64,000 bases of DNA from NCBI GenBank assembly GCA_963710605.1, contig CAVQBA010000007.1, positions 416,001 to 480,000 of the forward strand, given 5' to 3'. Shown here one piece after another: positions 40,648-51,619 of the stretch. Source of the stretch: an uncultured cyanobacterium. Its GTDB lineage: Bacteria > Cyanobacteriota > Cyanobacteriia > Cyanobacteriales > Cyanobacteriaceae. Below the pieces are notes generated by a model. The model saw only the letters and a program-made list of their open reading frames with translations. It had not been told where the DNA came from and made no database searches. A program made the position numbers and the translations under genes. Position 1 is the first letter of the stretch; each line of letters starts with the position of its first letter.

Positions 40648-42105
40648 ATGAAAGTTGCGATCGTCGGTGCAGGATTAGCAGGATTAGCCACAGCCATTGA
40701 TTTAGTCGATGCTGGTTGTGAAGTAGAAATATATGAGTCACGCCCTTTTGTTGGTGGAAAAGTAGGCAGTTGGGTGGACAAAAATGGTAATCATATCGAG
40801 ATGGGTTTACACGTCTTTTTTGGTTGTTATTACAATCTTTTCGCTTTAATGGAAAAAGTAGGAGCGATCGATAGTTTATTATTAAAACAACATACCCATA
40901 CCTTTATTAATGAAGGTGGTAGAGTAGGAGAATTAGACTTTCGTTTTCTTACTGGTGCACCCTTCAATGGTTTAAAAGCATTTTTTACCACCTCGCAACT
41001 TTCTACTATTGATAAATTAGCTAACTCCTTAGCATTAGGCACTAGCCCTATTGTCAGAGGCTTGGTCGATTTTGAAGGAGCGATGAAACAAATCAGAAAT
41101 CTTGACGGTATTAGTTTTGCTGACTGGTTTCGCTCTCATGGTGGTAATCAAGGCAGTTTAGATAAAATGTGGAATCCGATCGCTTACGCCCTTGGTTTTA
41201 TCGATACAGAGAATATTTCGGCTCGTTGTATGTTGACAATTTTCCAGTTTTTTGCGGCGAAAAGTGAGGCTTCTGTTTTAAGAATGTTAGAAGGCTCACC
41301 TCAAGAATATTTACATAAACCGATCGTTGATTATCTTGAAGCCAAAGGTGCTAAAATCCATACTCGTCATCGTCTCAAAGAGATTAAATACGATCGTCAA
41401 AGCGATGGTACAAAAGAAATCAAAGCATTTATCATCGCTCAAGGTGAAGGACAAAAAACTGTAACCGCAGATGCTTATGTCTGTGCTTGTGATATACCAG
41501 GAATTCAACGCATAATTCCCCCTGATTGGCGTGAAGACAAGTTCTTTGATAATATTTATCAATTAACCGCCGTACCCGTTGCTACAGTGCAATTACGTTT
41601 TGATGGTTGGGTAACTGAGTTAAAAGACGAAGCTAAACGCAAACAGTTAGAAAAAGCAGAAGGAATTAATAACTTACTTTATACTTGCGATGCCGACTTT
41701 TCTTGTTTTTCAGATTTAGCTTTATCTAGCCCTAGTAGTTTCTATAAAGAAGGAGAAGGCTCATTATTACAATTAGTTTTAACTCCTGGCGATCCTTTTA
41801 TCAAGGAAAGTAATGATAAAATAGCCGAACACGTATTGGCACAAGTACATAAATTATTCCCTTCTTCTCGTGAGTTGAATGTAACTTGGTCAAATGTAGT
41901 TAAACTCGCTCAATCTCTTTATCGTGAAGCACCGGGAATGGATGTATATCGTCCTTCGCAAAAAACTCCGATCGCTAATTTCTTCCTTGCTGGTAGTTAT
42001 ACCCAACAAGATTATATTGATAGTATGGAAGGGGCGACAATTTCGGGTATTCAAGCCGCACAAACAATCTTGAAATCTGAGAAAAAAGTTTTGGCGATTG
42101 CTTAA
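40648..42105 (+). CDS. crtQ: 9,9'-di-cis-zeta-carotene desaturase
   Basis: [30 protein letters not shown]. Confidence 0.95.
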   Translation: MKVAIVGAGLAGLATAIDLVDAGCEVEIYESRPFVGGKVGSWVDKNGNHIEMGLHVFFGCYYNLFALMEKVGAIDSLLLKQHTHTFINEGGRVGELDFRFLTGAPFNGLKAFFTTSQLSTIDKLANSLALGTSPIVRGLVDFEGAMKQIRNLDGISFADWFRSHGGNQGSLDKMWNPIAYALGFIDTENISARCMLTIFQFFAAKSEASVLRMLEGSPQEYLHKPIVDYLEAKGAKIHTRHRLKEIKYDRQSDGTKEIKAFIIAQGEGQKTVTADAYVCACDIPGIQRIIPPDWREDKFFDNIYQLTAVPVATVQLRFDGWVTELKDEAKRKQLEKAEGINNLLYTCDADFSCFSDLALSSPSSFYKEGEGSLLQLVLTPGDPFIKESNDKIAEHVLAQVHKLFPSSRELNVTWSNVVKLAQSLYREAPGMDVYRPSQKTPIANFFLAGSYTQQDYIDSMEGATISGIQAAQTILKSEKKVLAIA

Positions 42106-42179
42106 CAAAACAGAGAATCAAATATAGATAACCGTAGGGGTTGAACATTGTTCAACCCTGTACAATATAAATACAAATA

Positions 42180-42572
42180 ATGAAAATAGAAAAATGGAAT
42201 AATTGGCAAAAATTTGATGAAGGTAGCTGTTTTCTTTCTTCTTTATCTTACAATTATGGAATTTTAAAAGTTCAAATTGATTATAAACAATCGGGTATTA
42301 CTTATTTAGTTATATTTGTATGTCCTATATATTTTAGATGTATGGATGAAGCCGATCTTTTACAATATCAAAATCAAATTAATTATTTAAAAAATTGTGA
42401 AAGAGGTTTTATTTATCAACTTTTTGATTCTCCCATCATCAAATATTGTCATCAAGAAAAGTTAGGAATTTTAGGCATAGATGAATATTTACATTTTCAA
42501 ATCATTACAGACGATCATTTTATTGATATAGTAACGACCGAAGATAATCTACCAAAAATAATCGAATTATAA
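42180..42572 (+). CDS. Hypothetical protein
   Basis: 130-aa ORF; no family recognised. Confidence 0.6.
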   Translation: MKIEKWNNWQKFDEGSCFLSSLSYNYGILKVQIDYKQSGITYLVIFVCPIYFRCMDEADLLQYQNQINYLKNCERGFIYQLFDSPIIKYCHQEKLGILGIDEYLHFQIITDDHFIDIVTTEDNLPKIIEL

Positions 42573-42776
42573 CTAATGTTATGATTTAATTGATTTTGAG
42601 CATAATTTTTATCTTTTAATTTAGGTGATTCTATTTGTTTTTTGTATCGAATAGTTCACGAGAATCTGAAGGTAGTTGAACAATTACGAATAAATTACGC
42701 TCTAGGGATATTTATTATCATCACAATCTACAATTATGTCTTAATTTAGTTCGATCGAGCCATTATATTAGGTATC

Positions 42777-43028
42777 TTACTTATAAATATCACCACGAGA
42801 ACCAATATTTGTAATCACGTAAATATTATTTTGATTATCTTCTCTAAACAAAATACGATATTTTCCCACTCTTAATCTATACTCTTCACGCCCTTTTAAA
42901 GATTTTATATCTAGTAAATTATTTGGTTTTAATAAATTATTCTTAGCATCAATAATTCTAACTTGTTCTTTATTCGGTAATTTTTCTAAAAACTTAAATG
43001 CAGGTTTAATTTGAATGTAATCATTCAC
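42777..43028 (-). CDS. RelE-family toxin
   Basis: DIKSLKG, YRLRVGKYRILF, IGSRGDIYK. Confidence 0.9.
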   Translation of the reverse strand: MNDYIQIKPAFKFLEKLPNKEQVRIIDAKNNLLKPNNLLDIKSLKGREEYRLRVGKYRILFREDNQNNIYVITNIGSRGDIYK

Positions 43029-43284
43029 TTTGGTTGTTCAATAATTTTCTTTTTAACTCTTGAGAAGAAATACCTTTATCATTACCAGCAATATAATTAT
43101 TCCATGCTTCTTCACTAGTAACTATTTCGTCAATACTAACAACTTCATCACTATTTTCTACTTTGATTCCTTGTATTTGCCAATCGAGTATTAGCCATAA
43201 TTTTTGTTTCTCTTCTAAATCAAGAGAATTTATGGCTTCAATAAGAGTATCCAAGTTTAATTCCAGTTTAATTGTAGCTACCAT
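43021..43284 (-). CDS. Putative antitoxin partner of RelE
   Basis: Acidic 87-aa ORF overlapping the toxin start. Confidence 0.65.
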   Translation of the reverse strand: MVATIKLELNLDTLIEAINSLDLEEKQKLWLILDWQIQGIKVENSDEVVSIDEIVTSEEAWNNYIAGNDKGISSQELKRKLLNNQSE

Positions 43285-43346
43285 TTTTTGAAATTATCTC
43301 ATCTTTTAACTGTATTATAGCTTAAGCTATTAAACCATTTTTCAAA

Positions 43347-43652
43347 CTACAATATTTTTGAAGAAATGAATTGATTTAGAGTATAACTTTTATATTTTAA
43401 TTTAGCTGATTCTATCTTTTTTAAAGAACGCCATTCGCCTCTTTCAACACTGTTTAATAAGTCTTGTTCTTCAATCAAACTTTCTACATATAACTCTATC
43501 GCTTCTGTGATATTGTTTACAGCTTCTTCAAAAGAATCTCCTTGAGAATGACAACCTTTAAGAATAGGACAAAAAGCATGATAACCTCCATCCTCCTCTT
43601 TTTCTAAAAGAACAGTGTAGTTATAAATGTGTTTACTGCTATTTTCTTCCAT
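43347..43652 (-). CDS. HicB-family antitoxin (no adjacent HicA) with a foreign-looking tail
   Basis: EEDGGYHAFCP..GCHSQGDSFEEAVNNITEAIELY. Confidence 0.8.
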   Translation of the reverse strand: MEENSSKHIYNYTVLLEKEEDGGYHAFCPILKGCHSQGDSFEEAVNNITEAIELYVESLIEEQDLLNSVERGEWRSLKKIESAKLKYKSYTLNQFISSKIL

Positions 43653-44057
43653 AAATAATTTGGGAAATACATTGTTAGCTTAAATGTATCATAAAATATT
43701 CCTAGTCTTCTTCTTGAGTTGGCACATCAAAATTAACTCTTTGGTATAAATTTTCTAAACTAATGCTAAAATCTAAACCGAAGGCTGACCAAGAAGTTAA
43801 AAAACATTGTCAATCTAATTATGATTTAACTAAAAAAAATGGACAGTAAAACCTAAAAAATTGTTTACTATCCATATATATATTTACTAATTAATTTGGC
43901 TTTAAAGATTCAATTTGAATAATTAGAATTAAATAAGCAAGATTACTAAAATTTATCGTTTTAAATTACGATCGATTTAGTCGACAAATTCTTTAAAATA
44001 CAAAAATTAGCAGATTTTCAGTTTCAAATTGTCAATGTAAACGATCGTTTAAAAAGA

Positions 44058-44549
44058 TTAGTTATCAATTAAAGAAAGATTACCCCATTTAGGATCGGCA
44101 TTTACCTGAGTTAAAATATAACCTGCAACATCTTTAATATCTTCTTCAGTATAGTTTCTAATTTCAGACCACAGTTCGGGTACGCTAGTATTCATGTGTA
44201 AAAGAGAAAGATCTTCTTCACCATCATAACTAGTAGGATTTTTAATATAATCTACCATTCCTAATAAATTATCTCTAGCAGGAAGAGCGTAAGCTAAAGA
44301 TTCGCCACTTAAAGTCACATTAGGATTAGTTTTAGTTTTACCTTGAATATGACATTGAGCGCAATTAGCACCAAATAGTCTCGCTCCTTTTTGTACTTGT
44401 TGGTTAGTTAATGTAACTGTCTCACCGTCTTCATTTACAGGAATGGTACGAAGATTTTCATTTAAACTTAGTGCATTAGCCGTTCCAGCAAAAGATTGCC
44501 AGACTAAAATAACACCGGCAAGGAAAATTAAAACAATTTTTTTCAACAT
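44058..44549 (-). CDS. psbV: Cytochrome c550
   Basis: CAQCH, GKTKTNPNV, KNPTSYDGEED, distal His. Confidence 0.9.
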   Translation of the reverse strand: MLKKIVLIFLAGVILVWQSFAGTANALSLNENLRTIPVNEDGETVTLTNQQVQKGARLFGANCAQCHIQGKTKTNPNVTLSGESLAYALPARDNLLGMVDYIKNPTSYDGEEDLSLLHMNTSVPELWSEIRNYTEEDIKDVAGYILTQVNADPKWGNLSLIDN

Positions 44550-44645
44550 AATTCTTAAACAAAAACTTTTTGCTTATATTTCGATTCTTTTTTTCATTTC
44601 TACTTTAATTATTTTCTCTTAAAATTGGTTCATATTTGACCATCT

Positions 44646-44663
44646 GTTGTAAAGTTTTGTTAA
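44646..44663 (-). promoter_or_regulatory. HLR1-like repeat upstream of psbV
   Basis: Minus strand reads TTAACAAA-AC-TTTACAAC. Confidence 0.4.
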
Positions 44664-44702
44664 AATATCTCATTTTGACTGATTTTTCATCGCTATTTGA
44701 GT

Positions 44703-45518
44703 TTATTTTTCTTCTACTTCTTCAACAGCGACAAATTTTAATAATGGTGCCATTCTCGCTTTATGGAAAGTCAAAACATCATCTTTGATTGCATAGTTAT
44801 CTATTTTTCTTAAAATATCCATAAATTGACCTTCATTACCCATCTCAGGACATATTTTCATGGTAGCCATCATTTCTTGAAAAATTAAACGATTACCTAA
44901 AGTGGCTTCATATCCTCCTCGGAAGGAATTACAACTATTAAATCCGCTAACTATATTTTCATAGCCATTAAACTTGATAAAAATATCTCTAGTTACTTCT
45001 TGCCCCATTATTTCGACTAATTCCCAGCGAGTATCGGTCAAACTTCTTTCGGTTTTAGTCAGTTTGTCTAAGATATAATTATCAGCCATACCTCCTGTGA
45101 TTACATTACCTCGATCGTCTAGTTGAATTAATCTATTTTCACCAACTATGTATTGATTCGGTGCATCTTCAACGTTATTTAAAGTAATTCTACCACCTGC
45201 TTGATTCCAACTAAATTCGCCCTTCGTGACAAATGTTTGTTCGTCTTTACCTAAATACTCAGTTTCCATAATATAAGTACCATTACCGTACAATCTAATC
45301 GAAGTTTGAATACCTTCGCAATCACCACAAGGTAATATTCCTTTATATACTCCATTCCAATCTAGAGAGTTGCGACTATTATGTCCTGTATCTACATTTG
45401 TTGAACTATTAGGTAATTTTTGTAAATCAACTTGTGCGAAAAGTTGTTGATGATTACTACTTGTTACCAATGATAGCCCTATGACGACTAAAGGAATAAT
45501 TACAGAGCGATAATTCAT
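44703..45518 (-). CDS. NlpE-N + META (HslJ) domain exported protein
   Basis: HNSRNSLDWNGVYKGILPCGDCEGI; META motifs GFNSCN and ATMKIC. Confidence 0.85.
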   Translation of the reverse strand: MNYRSVIIPLVVIGLSLVTSSNHQQLFAQVDLQKLPNSSTNVDTGHNSRNSLDWNGVYKGILPCGDCEGIQTSIRLYGNGTYIMETEYLGKDEQTFVTKGEFSWNQAGGRITLNNVEDAPNQYIVGENRLIQLDDRGNVITGGMADNYILDKLTKTERSLTDTRWELVEIMGQEVTRDIFIKFNGYENIVSGFNSCNSFRGGYEATLGNRLIFQEMMATMKICPEMGNEGQFMDILRKIDNYAIKDDVLTFHKARMAPLLKFVAVEEVEEK

Positions 45519-45701
45519 GTTATTTTAATCTAGTTATTTTGTTTTTCAAAAATGATGCCAATTTGTTTGACGCAGGTATTTTAGTTTTTGTTTCCTTCTT
45601 AATTCTTAAAATACAGCTACTATTCATACGTTACAGACAAATACCATACTGATTTGATAATATCTAAATTTTTGCTCTGTTCTAACAATAGCTAAGATAC
45701 G

Positions 45702-45850
45702 CAGGGCTGTTTCATTCAAAGGAAGAAAAAATAGCTAGAAGCAAAAAATAAATAGCTAGAAGCAAAAAATAAATAGCTAGAAGCTATTACTACATACTCG
45801 ATCGAGAGATTTGGTTACATTATCTTTTTACTGATAGTTGTCAACTTCGA
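45702..45850. mobile_element. CAGGGCTGTTTCATTC-type MITE end with an internal 21-bp tandem duplication
   Basis: AAATAGCTAGAAGCAAAAAAT twice plus a partial third copy (45729-45784); reverse-oriented relatives at 19487-19541 and 63123-63301. Confidence 0.65.
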
Positions 45851-46173
45851 TTATGTTCGTAATTGTTTTTTTAGTCTCAATCGTATCTTCTTGATTTACA
45901 AAAATTAATGATTAGTCAATGATGGTTAAAATAATCACTTAAAGAGCAAAGACAAAAGTAGGAGATAAAAAATTTATTTGGGACAAATGCTTTAGCAAAA
46001 GGGTATCTTTGCCTTATGTAATTGTTTGATGAGCAAAATAAAGCAATGAGAAATATTAAATTAAAAATTTATCAGTGAAAAAATAATCTTGAGTTTAGTT
46101 AAAGTTAATTGACAAGGAATAATCGACAATAGAATAATAAATAATGAACCATTCAGTAAAAAATATATATACG

Positions 46174-46626
46174 ATGATGAGATTATTTCGTCCTATTATT
46201 TCTATAATGTTAGTTTTAGTCACAACTTTATTAGTAAGTTGTAGCTCAGCCCCAAAAGCTAAAATTCCGACTACCTACACACCAGAAAAAATTGCTCAAT
46301 TACAACAGTTTCGTACTCCTATCTCTGACGCTAGAGAACAATTAAACTCATTAAAAGACTTAATTGCGGATGAAAACTGGGTAGATACTAGATCATTTAT
46401 TCATGGCCCCTTAGGTGGTTTACGTCAAGATATGTCGATCGTGGGTAAAAAACTGTTACAAAAAGATCAAAAATCTGCTCAAGATTTGGGTAGAGAATTA
46501 TTCAGCGATTTTGACAAAATTGATGCCGCCGCTAAAGAGCGTAATGGAAATGGTGCTAAAAATGCTTACACCAGAGCACTTCAAGATTTTGATTCTTATT
46601 TAGATTTAATTCCTAGTAATAGCTAA
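46174..46626 (+). CDS. psbQ: Photosystem II lipoprotein PsbQ (CyanoQ)
   Basis: Lipobox LLVSC, PTTYTPEK, FIHGPLG; start moved to the MM pair at 46174. Confidence 0.95.
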   Translation: MMRLFRPIISIMLVLVTTLLVSCSSAPKAKIPTTYTPEKIAQLQQFRTPISDAREQLNSLKDLIADENWVDTRSFIHGPLGGLRQDMSIVGKKLLQKDQKSAQDLGRELFSDFDKIDAAAKERNGNGAKNAYTRALQDFDSYLDLIPSNS

Positions 46627-47088
46627 AGTTACGAGTAATTATTAAATTGCTTACAGTTAATCTTTAATTGTTTTCAATAATAAGTGGAGGTAGTATTATT
46701 TAATCCTAAATTACCTCTACTTTTGCATTTGTATCATAAAAATCACTGAAAACGATCGCACAAGTCTAAATTATACTAGTCTAGCCATAAAAACCAAGCT
46801 GAAAAATTGTTTGGTTATTTTTTTGTCTTAAAATACAATAATTATATTCTTTATTTTTAAGTTAGTTACAAAAAAGCTGGTAACTAAAACATGATCTAAT
46901 TGTTTGCTTGAGAATGATTTAAACGATCGTATTTAGTAAAATATTTGATTAGTTTTAGTTAAGATAAAAGTATGTTTATTTGCTTTTCGCTTCAATTTTT
47001 CGCCAAAAAAGATAATTATTTGTCATAATACTTTGATACCTAATTATTTTTAACTAACTGTATTGCTTAGTAATAGAACTCCAATGAT

Positions 47089-48075
47089 ATGAATAATAGA
47101 GATAAGTATTTATTTACGATCGATGATGATGTTTTTTGTTCTTATTTATTAGCTAAAATAAAGAAATATCTAGGTTGTGAACAAGTTTTTATCTACAAAG
47201 TAGATTCTCAACAACAGTTAGAAAAAACGATTTACCCTTCAGATAATAACAGTCAAGATAAAACAATTGATTCAGATTATCAATTTGCGAGCGAAAATAA
47301 TCACAATATTGTTAAAAATATTATTAAAGATTCAAAATTAAAAGACGAAGATTCAGATGATACTATACCATTACAAACAGCTCAATTAGTCATCCCGATC
47401 GAATTGAAAACATCTGAAGTAGTTATCATTAATAATAATATAAAACTTTGGGGTATATTATTTATCTACGATTATAATTATCTTAGAGAATGGAGTGAAG
47501 AAGAAAAAACCGTCGTCAATGAAATTGCTGTTCAAATCACTTTAGCGATTGAAAAAAACATTGTTTATACCAAATTCAAAGAGCTGGAAAAAACGTTATC
47601 AATTTATCAATTTTTTGATCAAGAAACAGGGTTGATTAATTACTCTTCTTTTCTTGATTGTTTAGAATACGAATGGCATAATTTGACCAGAGACAAAAAT
47701 ATATTATCCTTAATTTTAATTCAGATTGAAAGTAACGATAAATTAAACCTCGCACTCTGGAAAGAAATAGTAGAAATTATCCAACAACAAATCAAACGCC
47801 CTGCTGATATAGTTGCTCGTTACGATGGAGATAAAATTGTGGCAATGTTACCTAAAACTGATAATCAAGGTGCATTGTATGTAAATCAACAAATAATTTC
47901 TCAAATCTCCACTTTAGACAATAATCAAGAATATAATTATCAATTTCGCTCTAGTCTCATTACTTATCTTCCTAACACAGAGCAAAATTATGAATTTTTG
48001 TTAGCCAAAATAGAGAAACCTTTTACCGATGACTTAGATAAGTGCGAAAAAGTCTATAATCAAAACTTGGTTTAA
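47089..48075 (+). CDS. GAF + degenerate GGDEF protein
   Basis: LWGIL...REWSEEE GAF end; RPAD I-site, but YDGDK in place of GG(D/E)EF. Confidence 0.75.
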   Translation: MNNRDKYLFTIDDDVFCSYLLAKIKKYLGCEQVFIYKVDSQQQLEKTIYPSDNNSQDKTIDSDYQFASENNHNIVKNIIKDSKLKDEDSDDTIPLQTAQLVIPIELKTSEVVIINNNIKLWGILFIYDYNYLREWSEEEKTVVNEIAVQITLAIEKNIVYTKFKELEKTLSIYQFFDQETGLINYSSFLDCLEYEWHNLTRDKNILSLILIQIESNDKLNLALWKEIVEIIQQQIKRPADIVARYDGDKIVAMLPKTDNQGALYVNQQIISQISTLDNNQEYNYQFRSSLITYLPNTEQNYEFLLAKIEKPFTDDLDKCEKVYNQNLV

Positions 48076-48128
48076 ATTCGCCATTTGCCTTTAGAATTAG
48101 TTAGATTAATCGTCAACAAACCACAGAT

Positions 48129-49466
48129 ATGAATATTGTCGATCGTTTTCGTTTAGGTTTAGCTGTTGGTACTGCCAAAACTGTCACCGGGGTAGTAAAA
48201 TCATTAAACTTAGGTGCGGCTAGTGTTTTACCAGGGGAAATCTCCCGTCGTCTTCATCCTCGTTTACTCAATCTTTTATCACAACAATTTAAAAAAGGCT
48301 TGATACTAGTCGTCGGCACAAACGGGAAAACAACCACTTCTTTATTACTCAAAGATATTTTAACCAATGACGGTTATGACGTTATCCATAACTCTACGGG
48401 TGCTAACTTAATCAATGGTTTGATTACTTGTCTAATTACTAACAGTAATCTTTTAGGAACTTTATCGGCTGATTATGGTATTTTAGAAGTCGATGAAAAT
48501 ATTTTGCCTTTAGCTTTAAAAGAATGTCAGCCTACACATATTTTAGCCCTGAATTTATTTCGTGATCAACTCGATCGTTATGGAGAAGTTGATACCATCA
48601 GTTATCGTTGGCAAAGTGCGATCGAATCTTTACCACAAGACACTTATATCATAGCTAACGGCGACGATCCTACTTTATGTCATTTTGGGCAAAATTTGAC
48701 GCAAAAGGTTTTATTTTTTGGTTTAAATGAGCCTGAGTTGTATTTAGATGAGATACCCCATGCTGTCGATTCTATTTATTGCCCTAAGTGCGGTACTTCT
48801 TTAGATTACAATGGCGTTTATCTTTCTCATTTAGGAGATTACGATTGCCCGAAGTGTGATTTTACTAAAAGTCAGTTGTCAGTAGATAGTAAACAGTGGC
48901 AACAAATTTTAATTGGTGTTTATAACAAGTACAATACTTTAGCCGCCGCTTTAACGGCTCAAACTATCGGTGTAGAAAAAGATGTTATTGATAAAAGCAT
49001 TACTAACTTTAAAGCCGCTTTTGGTAGGGCAGAAGAATTAACTATTGAAGACAAAAATGTGCGTATCTTGTTATCCAAAAATCCTGTAGGTATGAATGAA
49101 ACAATTCGGGCGGTGAATGATATTAAGAAGGTTAATCCTAGTGCAACTATTTTGATGGTTTTAAACAATCGGACTCCAGATGGAACAGATGTATCGTGGA
49201 TTTGGGATGTAGATACAGAGAAATTAGTAGCTTCAGGAGGAGATATGGTAGTTAGTGGCGATCGGGTTTATGACATGGCATTAAGATTGAAGTATAGTAT
49301 CGATACCGTAGAATCTGAGCTTAATTTAGTAGTCGAAGAAAAGTTAGCCTCTGCAGTAACTAAAGCATTAGAATTAACTCCATCGCAAGAGACTTTATAT
49401 ATTATTCCGACTTATTCTGCAATGTTAGAAGTTAGAAAAATTTTAACAGGCAGAGAAATACTTTAA
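48129..49466 (+). CDS. murT: Mur-ligase family lipid II isoglutaminyl synthase subunit (DUF1727)
   Basis: GTNGKTTT, NLFRDQLDRYGE, two CxxC, DVSWIWD, TYSAML. Confidence 0.85.
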   Translation: MNIVDRFRLGLAVGTAKTVTGVVKSLNLGAASVLPGEISRRLHPRLLNLLSQQFKKGLILVVGTNGKTTTSLLLKDILTNDGYDVIHNSTGANLINGLITCLITNSNLLGTLSADYGILEVDENILPLALKECQPTHILALNLFRDQLDRYGEVDTISYRWQSAIESLPQDTYIIANGDDPTLCHFGQNLTQKVLFFGLNEPELYLDEIPHAVDSIYCPKCGTSLDYNGVYLSHLGDYDCPKCDFTKSQLSVDSKQWQQILIGVYNKYNTLAAALTAQTIGVEKDVIDKSITNFKAAFGRAEELTIEDKNVRILLSKNPVGMNETIRAVNDIKKVNPSATILMVLNNRTPDGTDVSWIWDVDTEKLVASGGDMVVSGDRVYDMALRLKYSIDTVESELNLVVEEKLASAVTKALELTPSQETLYIIPTYSAMLEVRKILTGREIL

Positions 49467-49750
49467 GAATTTGGGATTATCAGATAATCAAGGTTTGATT
49501 TGTTTTCTTGTGGAAAAAGTGTTTCTTTTGGATACATAGGTAAGGGTACAAGATATAGAATAAAAAACGATCTATCTTTAGATAGTAGGTTGGGTTAAGC
49601 CTCTAAATCTTTAAGATAAAACAAATAGATTCAAAAAAAGCGAAACCCAACATTTTATACGCTAAAAATACAAAGAAAGCTGATGATAAGTTACGGCACT
49701 CGTTAATAATGATGGATGAGTGTTAAACAATATAAATAGTACAACAGTTT

Positions 49751-50008
49751 TTAATAAACCCGATCGTGAGAACCAATTAATAATAATAAAATCTCTTTTT
49801 CCTCTAATTCTGAACTATTAATGAATTTGAAAATAATTCGATTATTATAATCAAGAGAACAAGACCATTTATCTGATCAATCTCCTCTCAATTTATGAGT
49901 ATGAAGACTAAGATGAAATGGATTTTCGGCAATTAACTCTAATTTTTGTTTGAGTAATAAACGTTTCAGTTTACGAGTAAAACTATCACTCCAAACAATT
50001 TTATTCAT
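49751..50008 (-). pseudogene. YafQ/RelE-family toxin pseudogene
   Basis: MNKIVWSDSF...ENPFHLSLHTHKLRGD*SDKWSCSLDYNNRIIF...IGSHDRVY; in-frame TGA at 49877-49879. Confidence 0.85.
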
Positions 50009-50223
50009 TAATCCAACTCCGCCATTAAATCTTCGACTGAGCCTCGTTTAAATTTTCCTTGTTCGTATTCTTGTTCTGCTTGTTGAATTTCATTAATCAA
50101 TTCACTTCTTTTGTGTTCATTTAATCTATTTCTAATAATTTCTACTAACATCTCTTGCTCTTCTAATGGTAGATTTTCTACCGCTACTATTGCTTCTTGA
50201 AAACTTAATATATTATTCATCAC
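50008..50223 (-). CDS. Antitoxin of the disrupted toxin
   Basis: Acidic 71 aa, EYEQGKFKRGSVEDLM; TAATG overlap with the toxin start. Confidence 0.75.
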   Translation of the reverse strand: MMNNILSFQEAIVAVENLPLEEQEMLVEIIRNRLNEHKRSELINEIQQAEQEYEQGKFKRGSVEDLMAELD

Positions 50224-50552
50224 ATTTACTAAGTATTATTTAATTTAAGTATCTATAATTTTTTTGTTCAAAACTAATTTTCAATAATAATTTTATATAT
50301 TTTCAACTACTTTTTTTATAGCAGCTTTGATACCGCAGAAAGACAAAATATTTGGGTGCAAACCTTGCACCCCTACAATTAATTTAAAATAAACATTACT
50401 TAATTAATACTCTTAAACCATTATTAAACAAAATCATTCTCTATTCTTCTTCAGTACGATCGATCGTAGGGAACGGTTAAAGCCCTCAAATATTAGATAC
50501 AAAACGAATACACTCTCAGAAGTGAAACCCAACACCCATAAAAATGAAATCA

Positions 50553-51332
50553 TCATTCTCCATTCTCCACTCTCAACTCTCCATTCTTCTTCAGCCCCCA
50601 TTCAGTTTGACGTAAAATTCCTCTTAACATAGCTAACTCTTGAGCGGATAAATTAGTACGATTTATAATTCGTCTTAACTTTTCCATTCTGTTACTTGCG
50701 GTATGAGGATAAACATATTCAATTTGTAATAAAACTGATTCTAAATGAGTGTAATATCTTTCTAGTTGATCGATCGTCGCTAAAGGTTCGGTATTCTCTT
50801 TTTCTTTTTCATTTTCAGCTTGAGTTTCCAAAGACAAAAAATGCTGATACAATTCATAAGCACAAACTCCAACGGCTTGAGCAAGATTCAAAGAAGGATA
50901 ATCAGGATTAGAGGGAATACAAATAAAACGTTGAGCATGACTTAATTCTTGGTTACTTAAGCCTCTGTCTTCAGGTCCAAAAATCAAAGCTGAGGTAAGA
51001 TTACTATCATCATTATCATTATCATTAATCAACCAAGGGATAGCTTGTCTGGGAGTTTCTAATTTAGTTGGTATTCCTCTGGGGCGTGCTGTCGTTGCGA
51101 TCGCTTTGTGGCATCCTTGTAACGCTTCAGGAATAGAATCACAAATTTGAGCATTATTTAAAACTTGGACTGCATGAACAGCCATAATAGTAGCATCTTC
51201 GCTCTTGTAGTCACAACGAGGATTAACGATCGTTAACCTGTCTAACCCCATATTACGCATAACTCGAGCGATCGAACCAATATTTCTTTCCCCTGCGGGT
51301 TCGACTAAAACTATTTTGACTTGCTTAATCAT
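50553..51332 (-). CDS. trmJ: TrmJ/LasT-family SPOUT RNA methyltransferase
   Basis: NIGSIARVM, FGPEDRGLSN, SLNLAQAV. Confidence 0.88.
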   Translation of the reverse strand: MIKQVKIVLVEPAGERNIGSIARVMRNMGLDRLTIVNPRCDYKSEDATIMAVHAVQVLNNAQICDSIPEALQGCHKAIATTARPRGIPTKLETPRQAIPWLINDNDNDDSNLTSALIFGPEDRGLSNQELSHAQRFICIPSNPDYPSLNLAQAVGVCAYELYQHFLSLETQAENEKEKENTEPLATIDQLERYYTHLESVLLQIEYVYPHTASNRMEKLRRIINRTNLSAQELAMLRGILRQTEWGLKKNGELRVENGE

Positions 51333-51619
51333 GGATGAAGAATAATTAATAATTAATGATAAAGATAAATCTTTGCTCTTGTAAATCTTCTACAAGAATC
51401 TATTACCAAGTTTTAATCGTCAACTGTCAACTGTCAATTGTCAATTGTTTGACACTCTTAACTCTTAACTTTTAACTTTTAACTATTATTGCTTATTGGC
51501 TATAATTACATTCATGTACTTGATAATTAATTGCTGTGAGTTGAGAACAAAATTATTGTACTCGAAAAATAGTAATTATTACTGTGCCTAAATGTAATCT
51601 AAAATTACCAGATCAAATT

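Noticed and set aside
47089-48075. Active diguanylate cyclase
   Set aside because: The catalytic GG(D/E)EF motif is replaced by YDGDK.
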